Shown: positions 38,141-47,931 of the stretch, one piece after another
How positions within the stretch are numbered: the stretch's first letter is position 1
Layout of the letters: each line of letters starts with the position of its first letter
NCBI GenBank assembly: GCA_039802605.1
Contig: JBDRWW010000007.1
Coordinates: 1,891 to 65,890 of the forward strand
Origin: a candidate division WOR-3 bacterium
GTDB taxonomy: Bacteria; Hydrothermota; Hydrothermia; LBFQ01
Length of the DNA: 64,000 bases
Direction: 5' to 3'
The notes under the pieces: generated by a model
Seen by the model: only the letters and a program-made list of their open reading frames with translations
Told to the model about the DNA's origin: nothing
The model's database searches: none
Made by a program: the position numbers and the translations under genes

Positions 38141-39718
38141 ATGCGGATAGACGATATTTTAAGATTTTTGGAAATTGAAACCGGGAATAAGGTTTTAACA
38201 ATTTCGGAAAATATATTTGAGGTTGGCGATGTTAGGGTTGAGATAAGGGATAGAGGTATCGTTATACAAAGCGTACCCTTTCCCGAGGTCTTACCCCATA
38301 TCGCCTTTACGAATAATGGATGGCGTTTAAGGTTTTTTTCAACCAATCTATCCTCGGTTCCGCAAAAACCACTTTTAAGAGAAATTGAGGACAACGGGTT
38401 AAAAGATTTATTTTTACCGTTTTTTCAAGGGGGCTTTACCATAACCTTCGTTAAGGAGAATTTGCAGGTTTATAGCGTTGATGAACTTCTAAGAAAGTTA
38501 AAAGTCCCGGCAATTGAACCTTCGCTTTATTCCTTTTTAGAAATCCGGTATGAAGGCGGAAGATTACCAGAGGCATTTTTAAAAATCCTTAGATTCCTCA
38601 GGAAAACTTATACGGATTTCCTACCGCCGAGAAGGGAAAGGATGGAGAAAATAGTTAGGGCTTTGGATTTGAGGGTTTATAAGGCCGTTGGTGTTGAATG
38701 GATAGAGGCGGATGGTAAATTCGGCAAGTTGATTATTTCCCGCGAAGTTGGTGGGAATTCCTACGGAATATTTTTAAACAAACCATTAAACTTTGGGAAA
38801 AATTTGTTTAAGATTTCTAAGGATTTTGGAAACGCCCCGTTCACATGCGGTGCCATACCCGATACGTTGGGCGACTATGTGTTTTTGGGATACGATACGG
38901 ATATTAATTCGGTTTTGGAAAAATTGGAAGAAATTTCGGAAGAAAAGACCACAATATATTTTGAGGGATTAACGGAAAAGGAGGAAGAAGTCATCAACCT
39001 ATTAAACAAGTATGGCAGCGTTTTGCTCGTAGGACCACCGGGGACGGGTAAAACATATACGGCGAGAAGGGTTGCAGAATATTTGGCGGGTTTGGGGGGT
39101 GAGGGGTGGATATTGGTTCAAGCATCCCCTTCCTTTGAATACGAAAACTTTGTAGAGGGGTTAAAGCCCGTTGAATCAAATGGTATAATAAACTTTAAGG
39201 TTGTTGAAGGTCCATTTTTAAAAATGGTTAATAGGGCATTAAACGAGAGGAATAAGAAATTTGTCGTTATAATTGATGAAATAAACAGGGGAAATGCCGC
39301 CGCACTGTTGGGGGAAATCCTTTACGCCGTTGAATACAGGGAAAGCCCGGTAATAAGACCGTATTCCTCAAAGCCCCTGGTTATACCCAAAAACCTTTTC
39401 ATAATAGCCACCCTGAACGAAAGGGATACAAACATAGTAAAACTGGATCAGGCTATACTCAGGAGATTCCCCATAGTTAGGTTTGAACCTTCAAGGGAAT
39501 ATTTAAAGATGTTTTTGGTTGAAAGGGGTTGGAATGAGGGGGATATTGAAATGGCTTTGGGGGTTTTCGAAAGGGTAAATCAACTTACGGGAAATTCCGT
39601 TGGACATACATATTTCTTTGCGGAGGGTTTGGACGAATTTTATGAAAAACTTGAATACTTTATAAAGCCTATGCTCAAAATACACTTCGGCATAAACCCC
39701 GAGGAGTTGGGTATTTAA
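38141..39718 (+). CDS. McrB-like AAA+ (AAA_5) GTPase/ATPase with unknown N-terminal domain
   Basis: Walker A LLVGPPGTGKTY. McrB-type Walker B / sensor VVIIDEINRGNAAALLGEILYAVEYRE. FIIATLNERDTN matches McrB NxxD. RRFPIV arginine-finger region. N-terminal ~280 aa unassigned. Confidence 0.65.
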   Translation: MRIDDILRFLEIETGNKVLTISENIFEVGDVRVEIRDRGIVIQSVPFPEVLPHIAFTNNGWRLRFFSTNLSSVPQKPLLREIEDNGLKDLFLPFFQGGFTITFVKENLQVYSVDELLRKLKVPAIEPSLYSFLEIRYEGGRLPEAFLKILRFLRKTYTDFLPPRRERMEKIVRALDLRVYKAVGVEWIEADGKFGKLIISREVGGNSYGIFLNKPLNFGKNLFKISKDFGNAPFTCGAIPDTLGDYVFLGYDTDINSVLEKLEEISEEKTTIYFEGLTEKEEEVINLLNKYGSVLLVGPPGTGKTYTARRVAEYLAGLGGEGWILVQASPSFEYENFVEGLKPVESNGIINFKVVEGPFLKMVNRALNERNKKFVVIIDEINRGNAAALLGEILYAVEYRESPVIRPYSSKPLVIPKNLFIIATLNERDTNIVKLDQAILRRFPIVRFEPSREYLKMFLVERGWNEGDIEMALGVFERVNQLTGNSVGHTYFFAEGLDEFYEKLEYFIKPMLKIHFGINPEELGI

Positions 39719-39740
39719 TTTCAACCTTAAAATCCCTAAC

Positions 39741-41654
39741 TTGTTGGGTTGGTATCTCTGGACTAATACCGAGAATTTGTTGGATGTTTGTAAAAAGAAT
39801 GATACTTTTTATTTGGCAACACCTGGGGGTTTGATAAAAACCTTAGGTGATAGTATAGTAAAGATATACTCAAAGGTTGATGGGATAAACACGGCGGAAG
39901 TTTTATCCGTTTCTTGTGAAAACGGATTGTGGATTTTAACGGGGGCGGGATTACAATATTTTGACAACGGTAAGTTTAAAACCTTGGATTTAATAGCATT
40001 TGAAAACCCCGAAGAAATATTAAGTGGAAGCAAAATAAGGATAAGGGGCGAGTATATGTTTATCCTTGGGAAGACTAAGGTTATGGTTTATCGCTTTACC
40101 GATTCCGCAGAGGTCCCCATAAATATAAGATTTACCAAACCAAAGTTTTTGGAAATTTTCAACGATTCCCTACTGATAGGCGATACATTGGGGTTTTATA
40201 AGGTTAAGTATGATGAGTTTTACCTAAGCGCGTGGGATACGGTTTTTATGGGTAGGCCGGTTTTATCCGCCGTAAAACACCCGAATTTTGGGTGGATAAT
40301 GGGTACGGATAGCGGTATACTTGATACCCTTGGAAACACCCTTTTCCTTCCCGGAAAGATTATAAGGTTTATGGCTTTAAGGGGTGATACTATATATCTT
40401 GCTACGGATTCGGCGGTTTATAACCTATCCCCCCATTCATATACCCCAAACAGGATTAAAGACGGTTATGCGGGTTTCCTATCCCCCTGGTTTTTCGGCA
40501 TTGGTAGAATAAACGCCCCTTATTATATGTTTGGGTACGGAATATATGAAATCCCATCTTTGCAAAAGTTGGAAAGCCGGGGATTACCGTACACAACTCT
40601 GACAGGGGTTATAACCCTTGGGGATAGTGTGATCGTATGCGGGAGGGGAGGGGCAAATGCCTGTGCGGTTTGGCCGTCCGGAAACACTTTTGGATTCGGT
40701 TTAACGAATTTTGTAAGGAAACACAAGGATAAAATATTTTTCGGTTTAAACGGCGGTGGATTGGTGATTACGGATAGTCTATTTACGGATACCGTTATAA
40801 TAACCGCTTCGCAACTAGGTGGATTTGGATATGTTTTTGATATGGCGGTTTTGAAGGATACCGTTTACTTTGTGTCTTGGGAACCATTTGGAAATTCAAA
40901 GGTTTTTAAGCTCGTGGATACGATACCTTATGAAACCGGAATAGTGGATTATGCCACATCTATCCTGTTTTCAACCGGTGATAGGTTAATATTGTGTGGG
41001 CAAAGCGTTTGCAAGATATATTATGATGATTTAACCCCTTATGGTTCCATAAGCGTCCAGGCCAATGTGGTTTATTCCTTTGGAGATACTTTACTTTTTG
41101 GAACCAATAAAGGTGTGGAGATGTATTCCCTTAAAACACTCGGATATATCGGCAAAATTCTTGATAATTATACCATAACGGGCTTATGGGTAGGAATGGA
41201 TGGTAGGATCTGGGCATCGGGGAGTATGGGATTATCGGAATATGACGAAAAGAACCTCCGTATTTTCTCTCCTACAAATTCCCCTTTACCCGGTATATCG
41301 GTTTCCCCAAGCGCATTGTACCCTTTGAGATTTACCCTTTTCGGTGATGTTGAAAGAGGTAGGTTGATAATCTTAACGGAAAAAGGGGTGGCTTTCTTTG
41401 AGGATACCTCAATCGTATCGGGTTGGTGGGATAATTTGGTGATATATCCAAATCCTGCGGGTAAGGGTAAAACCGTAAGGATAAAAAACTGTCCAAATGG
41501 TGCAAACCTTTATATATTCACGCATTTCGGAAAGAGGGTTAAGAATGTAAAGGGTTGTTCTTTTAAAAACGATTTACCACTGGGTTTGTATGTGGTTATC
41601 GTGGAATACAACGGAAGGAGAAAACCTTTAAAGGTGGTACTTTTAGATAGATGA
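39741..41654 (+). CDS. beta-propeller (two-component-regulator-propeller-like) repeat protein with T9SS C-terminal sorting domain
   Basis: Reg_prop-like repeats (GLWILTGAGLQYFDNGKF; GLWVGMDGRIWASGSMGLSEYD). C-terminal Por_Secre_tail-like VIYPNPAGKGKTVRIKN…LYIFTHFGKRVKNV…LPLGLYVVIVEYNGRRKPLKVVLL. TTG start, no signal peptide recognisable. Confidence 0.5.
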   Translation: MLGWYLWTNTENLLDVCKKNDTFYLATPGGLIKTLGDSIVKIYSKVDGINTAEVLSVSCENGLWILTGAGLQYFDNGKFKTLDLIAFENPEEILSGSKIRIRGEYMFILGKTKVMVYRFTDSAEVPINIRFTKPKFLEIFNDSLLIGDTLGFYKVKYDEFYLSAWDTVFMGRPVLSAVKHPNFGWIMGTDSGILDTLGNTLFLPGKIIRFMALRGDTIYLATDSAVYNLSPHSYTPNRIKDGYAGFLSPWFFGIGRINAPYYMFGYGIYEIPSLQKLESRGLPYTTLTGVITLGDSVIVCGRGGANACAVWPSGNTFGFGLTNFVRKHKDKIFFGLNGGGLVITDSLFTDTVIITASQLGGFGYVFDMAVLKDTVYFVSWEPFGNSKVFKLVDTIPYETGIVDYATSILFSTGDRLILCGQSVCKIYYDDLTPYGSISVQANVVYSFGDTLLFGTNKGVEMYSLKTLGYIGKILDNYTITGLWVGMDGRIWASGSMGLSEYDEKNLRIFSPTNSPLPGISVSPSALYPLRFTLFGDVERGRLIILTEKGVAFFEDTSIVSGWWDNLVIYPNPAGKGKTVRIKNCPNGANLYIFTHFGKRVKNVKGCSFKNDLPLGLYVVIVEYNGRRKPLKVVLLDR

Positions 41655-43249
41655 CTTATAGGAGGGTTATATTCGTTTTTGGGTTATGTTTGTTGAGTTT
41701 TTTATTTACATTGTTTGTGTATATCAATAGGATTTCCGACGAGTCCTTAAAGGGCAAGGATGTTGAAAATTATAGGAAGGTTATAGGAATGGGTAATATA
41801 AGGGGTAGGTTTTTGGATGCCGATGGGAAATTTTTAACAGACTTAGAGGTGAATTACAATGTTATACAACTAAATTCCCGCACGGGAGAACACTTAAAGG
41901 AAAGAGTGTTGATGGAGAAAATTTTGGGTAAAAAACTCGAATTTAAGGAGTATAAGTTCTTGGGGTATTCGGAAATTAGAGGGATTTCACAAGAAGATGT
42001 TTATAAACTTATGAGGAATAAGTATAGGTTAAAAACCGTTATTTTTGTTCCAAGTGTTAAAAGGAAACTGGTTTGCAAGGAGTGTTTCCACATAATAGGT
42101 AGTGTATCTTCGGATGGTATTGGGCTTGGAGGGCTTGAAAGACTTTACGATAAATCCCTTAGGGGAAAATTCGGAAATATAATCATCGAGAGCGATGCGT
42201 TGGGGAATGTCGTTTCAACCCCATATATGGATATAAACCTATTACCCCGGGATGTGAAATTAACCCTTAGGTATGATTTGTTTCTACTGGCAGATAGCCT
42301 TTTCAAAAATTACGATAGGGGGGCTGTATTCATGTTTAACCCCAAAAACGGTTATGTGTATCTTTCATACTCAAAACCCTCACCCATTGACACAACTGAC
42401 CCCTCTTATGCACCACTATTAAACAGGGCACTATCCGGCTTGTATCCTCCGGGTTCAACATTCAAACCTCTAATAGCCCTATTGTCTTTAAAATACGGGG
42501 TAATTGATACCGGTTTCGGTGTGTCGTGTAAGGGAGCCATATCCGTGGGTAATAGGGTTTTTAAGTGTTGGAGTGTTCACGGATATGTTAAAATTGAGAG
42601 AGCCATCTCCCATTCTTGCAATGTGTTTTTTTATAATGTGGGTGGTAGGTTCGGGGCGGGGAGGATTTTAAATGCCTTAAAGGAAACGGGATTATTTAAC
42701 AGGAGATTTACAAATTTATTGGAAGAGGTTCCATCCCGGATACCCGTAAAGGCCATATATTTGGGAACGGCCTTAAACATAGCCATAGGGCAGGGGGAGG
42801 TTTTGGTTACTCCGGTTTTTATGGCGGTTGAGGCGGGTTTGATAGGGAACGGTGGGTGGGTGGTTTTGCCGAGGTTCTCCAACTTTGAAAGACAGGAAAC
42901 CCTAAAAGTCATGGCTCCGGAATGGGCTTATGATATTGTTAAAAGGGGGATGTTAAAGGTTGTTGAAGAGGGTACGGCATATTATTCACGAATTCAGGGT
43001 TTTCAATTTGGTGGAAAAACCGGTACCGCCCAAAACCCTCATGGGGAAGACCATTCCCTTTTCATAGCCTTTGCCCCCTATGATGACCCAGAGGTTGCAA
43101 TAGCTGTGGTTGTTGAAAACGCCGGACACGGGAGTTCCGCCGCGGCACCCATAGCCTCCGCTTTAATAAGGCATTTTTTCAACCTTAAAATAACAAGAGA
43201 TGAGAAGGTTTATATTACTTCTTATCCCCTTAATTCTGAGTTGTGGTAG
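41651..43249 (+). CDS. penicillin-binding protein 2-type peptidoglycan D,D-transpeptidase
   Basis: N-terminal TM anchor; SxxK (PGSTFKPL), SxN (SHSCN) and KTG (GKTGTAQ) motifs. Confidence 0.85.
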   Translation: MTYRRVIFVFGLCLLSFLFTLFVYINRISDESLKGKDVENYRKVIGMGNIRGRFLDADGKFLTDLEVNYNVIQLNSRTGEHLKERVLMEKILGKKLEFKEYKFLGYSEIRGISQEDVYKLMRNKYRLKTVIFVPSVKRKLVCKECFHIIGSVSSDGIGLGGLERLYDKSLRGKFGNIIIESDALGNVVSTPYMDINLLPRDVKLTLRYDLFLLADSLFKNYDRGAVFMFNPKNGYVYLSYSKPSPIDTTDPSYAPLLNRALSGLYPPGSTFKPLIALLSLKYGVIDTGFGVSCKGAISVGNRVFKCWSVHGYVKIERAISHSCNVFFYNVGGRFGAGRILNALKETGLFNRRFTNLLEEVPSRIPVKAIYLGTALNIAIGQGEVLVTPVFMAVEAGLIGNGGWVVLPRFSNFERQETLKVMAPEWAYDIVKRGMLKVVEEGTAYYSRIQGFQFGGKTGTAQNPHGEDHSLFIAFAPYDDPEVAIAVVVENAGHGSSAAAPIASALIRHFFNLKITRDEKVYITSYPLNSELW

Positions 43250-44204
43250 GAATGAATTGGAAATATGGTATTGGTTTGGTGAGATTCACGACTATCATTT
43301 TAGACAACTTTTAAATAGAACTTGGCGAAAGGTAAATGTTAGCCTGATAAGGAAAAACTTTTCTTCCATTCAGGAAATGGAGGAATCTTTAAAGGTTAGG
43401 CAACCGGATTTAGCACTCGTATATCCGCAAACCCTGAAAAACCTCATAAAATCCGGAGAATTGGAACCTTTATCGGATGGTGAAATACTTCCTAATTATT
43501 GTGGTAATTACTGCTGGCCTATGTTTAAAAGCGTTTTGGGTTTTTATGTGAATGCGGATTTGGCGAAAGAAGTGGGTTTTCCCTTGAATTTCAAATTATC
43601 AGATTTGCTAAACTTAAATAGCAACTATATAGTTTTGGGCGTTTATCCCTCTGCCACCTTTTACACGGGTTTGATGTTTAAGTTTTTATCCGAGGGGTAT
43701 GATACACTGGAATCTTGTATAAAATCTTATGAGTTCCTCAAAGGCCTCGCCCATAAACCCTATGTTAGAATTTATCCCAATCCGAGATATGCGGAAGCGG
43801 ATATGGTTTCTCTTAAGATCGTTGTTATCGTTGGAACAAGTGCGTACAAACCCTATATTGAACGGGAAGGGATAAATTTAAAGTTTGTACCCATAATAAA
43901 CGATAGGGGTGAAAATGTATATTTCCTTTCAGGCCCGGATTTCGTTGTATTTAAAGGGGGAAATACAAAGAAAGCAAAAGAATTTATAAGGGTTTTGGAT
44001 GAAATCCTTAAAAGGGATACCTTATGGGAAAGGTTTGGGTATTTTTATGTTGGGAGGTTGAAGGGCTTAAAGAATATATTTACGGATATAAATTGGGATG
44101 TTGATAGGGATGGGTTGAGGGTTTTGTCAGAAAGGGCTTTAAATCCACAGGATTCTTTACCCCAAGATTCGTTAAAAAACCTTTGTAGAAAATCTTTAAA
44201 ATGA
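43200..44204 (+). CDS. lipoprotein, possible periplasmic solute-binding-like protein
   Basis: Lipoprotein signal MRRFILLLIPLILSCG. Overlaps the PBP2 3' end by 50 nt. alpha/beta composition; solute-binding assignment is tentative. Confidence 0.35.
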   Translation: MRRFILLLIPLILSCGRNELEIWYWFGEIHDYHFRQLLNRTWRKVNVSLIRKNFSSIQEMEESLKVRQPDLALVYPQTLKNLIKSGELEPLSDGEILPNYCGNYCWPMFKSVLGFYVNADLAKEVGFPLNFKLSDLLNLNSNYIVLGVYPSATFYTGLMFKFLSEGYDTLESCIKSYEFLKGLAHKPYVRIYPNPRYAEADMVSLKIVVIVGTSAYKPYIEREGINLKFVPIINDRGENVYFLSGPDFVVFKGGNTKKAKEFIRVLDEILKRDTLWERFGYFYVGRLKGLKNIFTDINWDVDRDGLRVLSERALNPQDSLPQDSLKNLCRKSLK

Positions 44205-44207
44205 TTA

Positions 44208-44531
44208 TTACCTTTCTTCACAGGAATATACTTCCGCTGTGTAAAAAGTTATGGTTGTAGGGATTATAATATTTGCCAAAAGTGTTAAAAGGTAGTCAGT
44301 AACCGTTGATTTTGTTTCTATTCTAATCTTTTTACCCCTTGGTACTATGGTTTCCGTTGAGTTATCACCGAGTGGGACTAAACCGTACAAGAAGTAAATA
44401 TACCTTTTCTCGGAAACCTTCGTATAGCAGAAGTCCCCTCGTGATGCCAACCTTGCGTCTCCCGTTACCACAACCGTCATGCAATTTGCAAATACCAGGA
44501 CCAGCAATGCGAAAAGCGATAACCTTTTCAT
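44208..44531 (-). CDS. small secreted lipoprotein (copy 1 of tandem pair)
   Basis: MKRLSLFALLVLVFANC lipobox; 107 aa. Has a frameshifted paralog immediately upstream. Confidence 0.45.
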   Translation of the reverse strand: MKRLSLFALLVLVFANCMTVVVTGDARLASRGDFCYTKVSEKRYIYFLYGLVPLGDNSTETIVPRGKKIRIETKSTVTDYLLTLLANIIIPTTITFYTAEVYSCEER

Positions 44532-44589
44532 GGTGCGGGTATTATAATGTAGGATAAATTATGTTTTTTTAACTTTACAAACTACCATA

Positions 44590-44626
44590 CAAAAACTAAA
44601 TTTTTTCAAGAAATTCAACAATGTCC
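44590..44626. repeat. copy 1 of a ~37-nt conserved element upstream of the small lipoprotein genes
   Basis: caaaaactaaattttttcaagaaattcaacaatgtcc, versus copy 2 caaaaactaatttttcccaagaaattccaaaagttcc, 411 bp apart. Part of a ~410-bp tandem duplication unit. Confidence 0.6.
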
Positions 44627-44642
44627 TATCCAAAACTTAAAA

Positions 44643-44968
44643 TTATTTACACTGAACTTCCATAGTCATAGGTATTATGGTGCAGTTTGCCGTGCAAATA
44701 CTTATTAGATGGTCATCAACACCGAAATAAGTTTTTACTTTTACGGTTTCTTTGCACGGAGACATCATATCCGCGGGTGTATTATTGGTAAGTGGCACAA
44801 GTCCCAGAGCGCAAACCATACCTTTTTCTTTTGAACATTAGGGAGATATTCTCCTTCCTCGGCGAGTCTTATATCCGTATTAGCTGGGGCTTGTGAAATC
44901 GTGGCCATGCAGCTACCAAAACTTAAAGCAACAACGGATAATAAAATCACCAATAAACCCATTTTCAA
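44643..44968 (-). pseudogene. frameshifted paralog of the small lipoprotein gene (copy 2)
   Basis: N-terminal frame MKMGLLVILLSVVALSFGSC…VQKKK ends shortly after an A-run (caaaagaaaaagg). The adjacent frame continues GLVPLTNNTPADMMSPCKETVKVKTYFGVDDHLISICTANCTIIPMTMEVQCK, which aligns with copy 1 (GLVPLGDNSTETIVPRGKKIRIETKSTVTDYLLTLLANIIIPTTITFYTAEVY). Confidence 0.45.
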
Positions 44969-45000
44969 TAGAAATTTTTAAACTTTTGCGGAAACCTCTG

Positions 45001-45037
45001 CAAAAACTAATTTTTCCCAAGAAATTCCAAAAGTTCC
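45001..45037. repeat. copy 2 of the ~37-nt conserved element (overlaps the 3' end of the PRTase gene)
   Basis: See copy 1. In the minus frame this copy encodes the PRTase C-terminus EELLEFLGKN*. Confidence 0.6.
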
Positions 45038-45636
45038 TCGTCCGAGAACTGTTTAAAATCCCTGTAAAACATACCAACTGAAAAATAAATACTCCTGACA
45101 ACTTCTAAACATATAATCTTATCAAAGTATTCCTTCACCAATTCATAAGCCAAATCGGATGCAACGGGAATAGCAAGGGTTAATTTATTTACATTGTGCT
45201 TCCTTATAAACTTGGCTGCCGCAATTACTGTGTATCCCGTTGCTATTCCATCATCAACCAAAATCACATTTTTATTGGCATAGTCTTCAATAATAAACTC
45301 CTTGTATAATTCATACTGTTTTTTAGCCTCTAAGAGTTTGATTTCTACGATTTCCCTTAAATCATCCTCATCAACTCCCAAAATTTTGGCGTATTCTTGG
45401 TCGTATATATATGTTCCGTCATAAACCACCGCTCCAAATCCCGATTCCGGGGATTCTGGGGGTGCTATCTTTTTCACCGGCAAAACCCCGAATGGTATGT
45501 TTAAACATTTGCCTAATATTTTAGCCATATATCCCCCACCTCTCAAAACCCCTACAACGACCGTATTACTTAAATCTTCACCCTTTAATTCATCACATAA
45601 TTTTAAAGCCGCATCCTCCCGATTTTCAAATATCAT
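45007..45636 (-). CDS. predicted phosphoribosyltransferase (type I PRTase fold)
   Basis: PRPP-binding loop NVILVDDGIATGYTV; N-terminal FENREDAALKL typical of the COG1926-like PRTases. Confidence 0.65.
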   Translation of the reverse strand: MIFENREDAALKLCDELKGEDLSNTVVVGVLRGGGYMAKILGKCLNIPFGVLPVKKIAPPESPESGFGAVVYDGTYIYDQEYAKILGVDEDDLREIVEIKLLEAKKQYELYKEFIIEDYANKNVILVDDGIATGYTVIAAAKFIRKHNVNKLTLAIPVASDLAYELVKEYFDKIICLEVVRSIYFSVGMFYRDFKQFSDEELLEFLGKN

Positions 45637-46064
45637 TCTCCTATAAGCCTCATATATTCTTTATACATACACCTATCCTGAACCACTATTATTCCCCTTT
45701 CAATAAGAGGTTTAACGGCTTCATCATTCCTTATCCCCTCTTGGAGCCAGAAAACCTTTACATCACCCTGTCCCTCTATTCTCCTTAATACATCCTCAAC
45801 CACCTTTGGTATCTCATCACTCGGCCTAAATACATCAACCCATTCAACGGTTTCGGGAATCTCGACAACCGATTTATATGATTTCCTACCGAGTATTTCT
45901 TCCGCCGTTGGATTTACGGGGATAATGTTGTATCTCTTTCCCAAGAAAAACCTCGGCACTTTATGGGCTGGCTTGCTCGGATCTTTTGAAAAGCCCACAA
46001 CGGCAATGTTTTTATACTTAAAAAACAAATCCCTAATTACCTCATCCGGAGGGTTTTGAAGCAT
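45633..46064 (-). CDS. CoA-binding domain protein (YccU-like)
   Basis: KNIAVVGFSKDPSKPAHKVPRFFLGKRYNIIPVNP Rossmann CoA-binding signature; 143 aa. Confidence 0.65.
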   Translation of the reverse strand: MLQNPPDEVIRDLFFKYKNIAVVGFSKDPSKPAHKVPRFFLGKRYNIIPVNPTAEEILGRKSYKSVVEIPETVEWVDVFRPSDEIPKVVEDVLRRIEGQGDVKVFWLQEGIRNDEAVKPLIERGIIVVQDRCMYKEYMRLIGE

Positions 46065-46071
46065 ACTGGCA

Positions 46072-47058
46072 TTATATCCCCGAATGGTTTATGACATCGG
46101 CCAAAAGTTCAACATTTAAATCCTTTGTTATAATTTCCAACCTTATGCCATCCGGATGTATGACTATATAAGAACTGGAATATCCCAACGGGTAGTTTAA
46201 AGCCTTTGATACCATTTCCCCCAAAATCTCGCTTTCTTTACTCGTATGGTAAAACCTTACATATTGTTCCCCATACCTCAAAAATATAACCCTTTTAAAG
46301 CCGGCCTTAACCATTTTCATTGCGGTTGCAAATTGTGAAGGCTGAACCGACATTCCAAAGTGATAAAGTTTTCCCCCTATCCTATTCACCAACTCCACCG
46401 CATCCCAAAAAAGCCTTCCATCCCCCAGAACAACGGCCCATTTTCCGCTTTTTAATTTATTTATGCCCCTTCCAAAGTTTGTCGTTAAATATCCCTTGGG
46501 TTGGGAATACCTTCCAAAGGACCTATATAAATCCATTTCCCTCGCAAAGCCTACATTTATAACATTTATTATGGCATTTTTTAAAATTCCCACCTCCGTT
46601 TCCATAAGTTTATCATCCATTTCTTCGGCGAAGAATAACTCCGTTAAAACCTTTATTTTTGCCTTTGCCTTTAATACGGTGAATTTTGAGGGTAAAACCC
46701 TAAAATCCCTATCGGGAAAAACTTTACAAATTTCATTTTGCAAAAAATAGCCCAAATCATAAGAGGGCGAAACCAAACTCCAAGATGTATATACCTCGGA
46801 ATAAAATTTTGTTTCTTCCTCCGAGGCGTTGTGATGAATACTTATAAGGATATCCGGCTTAAAATCGTTTGCAACCTTCAACCTTTCCCTTAAAGAAAGG
46901 TTCTCGTCTTTAAACCTCGTGAGATTAACCCAGGTAAGACCCTTCAAAGCCTCGTATAACATAAGTGAAACTTTTAAGTTAATATCCTTTTCGGGTATTT
47001 TTCCCCTAAGGGTTCCAAGACTATCCCCGCCGTGCCCAGGGTCTAATAGGATTTTCAC
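46072..47058 (-). CDS. N-acetylmuramoyl-L-alanine amidase (Amidase_3) with extra C-terminal domain
   Basis: ILLDPGHGG…ILISIHHNASEEE zinc-ligand motifs of Amidase_3 in the first ~170 aa. The C-terminal ~150 aa (KWAVVLGDGRLFWDAVELV…) form an unassigned Rossmann-like domain. Confidence 0.55.
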   Translation of the reverse strand: MKILLDPGHGGDSLGTLRGKIPEKDINLKVSLMLYEALKGLTWVNLTRFKDENLSLRERLKVANDFKPDILISIHHNASEEETKFYSEVYTSWSLVSPSYDLGYFLQNEICKVFPDRDFRVLPSKFTVLKAKAKIKVLTELFFAEEMDDKLMETEVGILKNAIINVINVGFAREMDLYRSFGRYSQPKGYLTTNFGRGINKLKSGKWAVVLGDGRLFWDAVELVNRIGGKLYHFGMSVQPSQFATAMKMVKAGFKRVIFLRYGEQYVRFYHTSKESEILGEMVSKALNYPLGYSSSYIVIHPDGIRLEIITKDLNVELLADVINHSGI

Positions 47059-47906
47059 TGTCCTTCAAGTATTTTCCTAATCCTTTCAACCGCTTCTAGG
47101 GCTTTTTTGTTCTTGGGGTCAAGTCTTAAAACCTCTTGAAAAAAGAACAATGCTTCGGCGTATTTACCCTTTGAATACGCGTCAAGCCCTCTAAGGTATA
47201 AGTTTTCAACAACCCTCGGGTCGGCCTTTACCGTATCTTTTTTCGCACTTGTATCGGCTTCGCTCCCTTTTTGTATATCCCTCTTTTCCCTCCTAACATA
47301 AAGGGTTTCCACCATGATTACGGGAACCTGTATATATACGGGCACTTCAATCCTGACAGTATCCTTTTTCATAAACTCGGGTTCTAAGAGTATAGATATT
47401 GCGAGATCAAGGGATGGACTATTTGAGGGTTTTAAGCGGGTAAATGCGTAAAGGAATTTCCATCTATATCCGCCGAATATACCGAAAGCCGTGTCAAAGG
47501 TTAAACCCCCTTGAAACCCCTTAAATGTATATCCCCCTATGAATTCTAGGTTTGGATATAGTTCCCCTTCATTTGAGGATAATTTAAAAATAAGCCCTCC
47601 AAAAAATTGGTTGTATTGCAATAAACCGTTTATGTAAAGCCCTTGGAAACTCAAAGCGGAAAATATCCAAAAGTTTTCAGAATATGCACCTCCGCTTAGA
47701 AGCAAAAGGGAATCTTCTATTCCTACCCCCCCAAAACCATTGTAAAACTTGAAATTCAAAGAATACACCTTTTTTCTCGGCGTTATGTAAAGGAATGTGT
47801 TTGTGTAATTCGTATTATACTGGAAAAAAGCCCCAATTTGCCCGGAAAAAAATGGAGAAACGACGATTAAATTCGGGTATAAATTAAACCCTGCAAAGGG
47901 GAACAT
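47055..47906 (-). CDS. Gly/aromatic-rich beta-barrel-like N-terminal domain fused to C-terminal TPR repeats
   Basis: N-terminal region resembles the small OMP-like paralogs (GFGGVGIEDSLL…FGIFGGYRWKF). C-terminal TPR ENLYLRGLDAYSKGKYAEALFFFQEVLRLDPKNKKALEAVERIR. Confidence 0.35.
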   Translation of the reverse strand: MFPFAGFNLYPNLIVVSPFFSGQIGAFFQYNTNYTNTFLYITPRKKVYSLNFKFYNGFGGVGIEDSLLLLSGGAYSENFWIFSALSFQGLYINGLLQYNQFFGGLIFKLSSNEGELYPNLEFIGGYTFKGFQGGLTFDTAFGIFGGYRWKFLYAFTRLKPSNSPSLDLAISILLEPEFMKKDTVRIEVPVYIQVPVIMVETLYVRREKRDIQKGSEADTSAKKDTVKADPRVVENLYLRGLDAYSKGKYAEALFFFQEVLRLDPKNKKALEAVERIRKILEGQ

Positions 47907-47931
47907 CCAAGTATTATAAAGTTGAAAGGTT

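Noticed and set aside
39719-41654. McrC-like nuclease partner downstream of the McrB-like gene
   Set aside because: The downstream ORF is a beta-propeller protein with a T9SS C-terminal domain, not a PD-(D/E)XK McrC. No McrC-like gene lies within several kb on either side.
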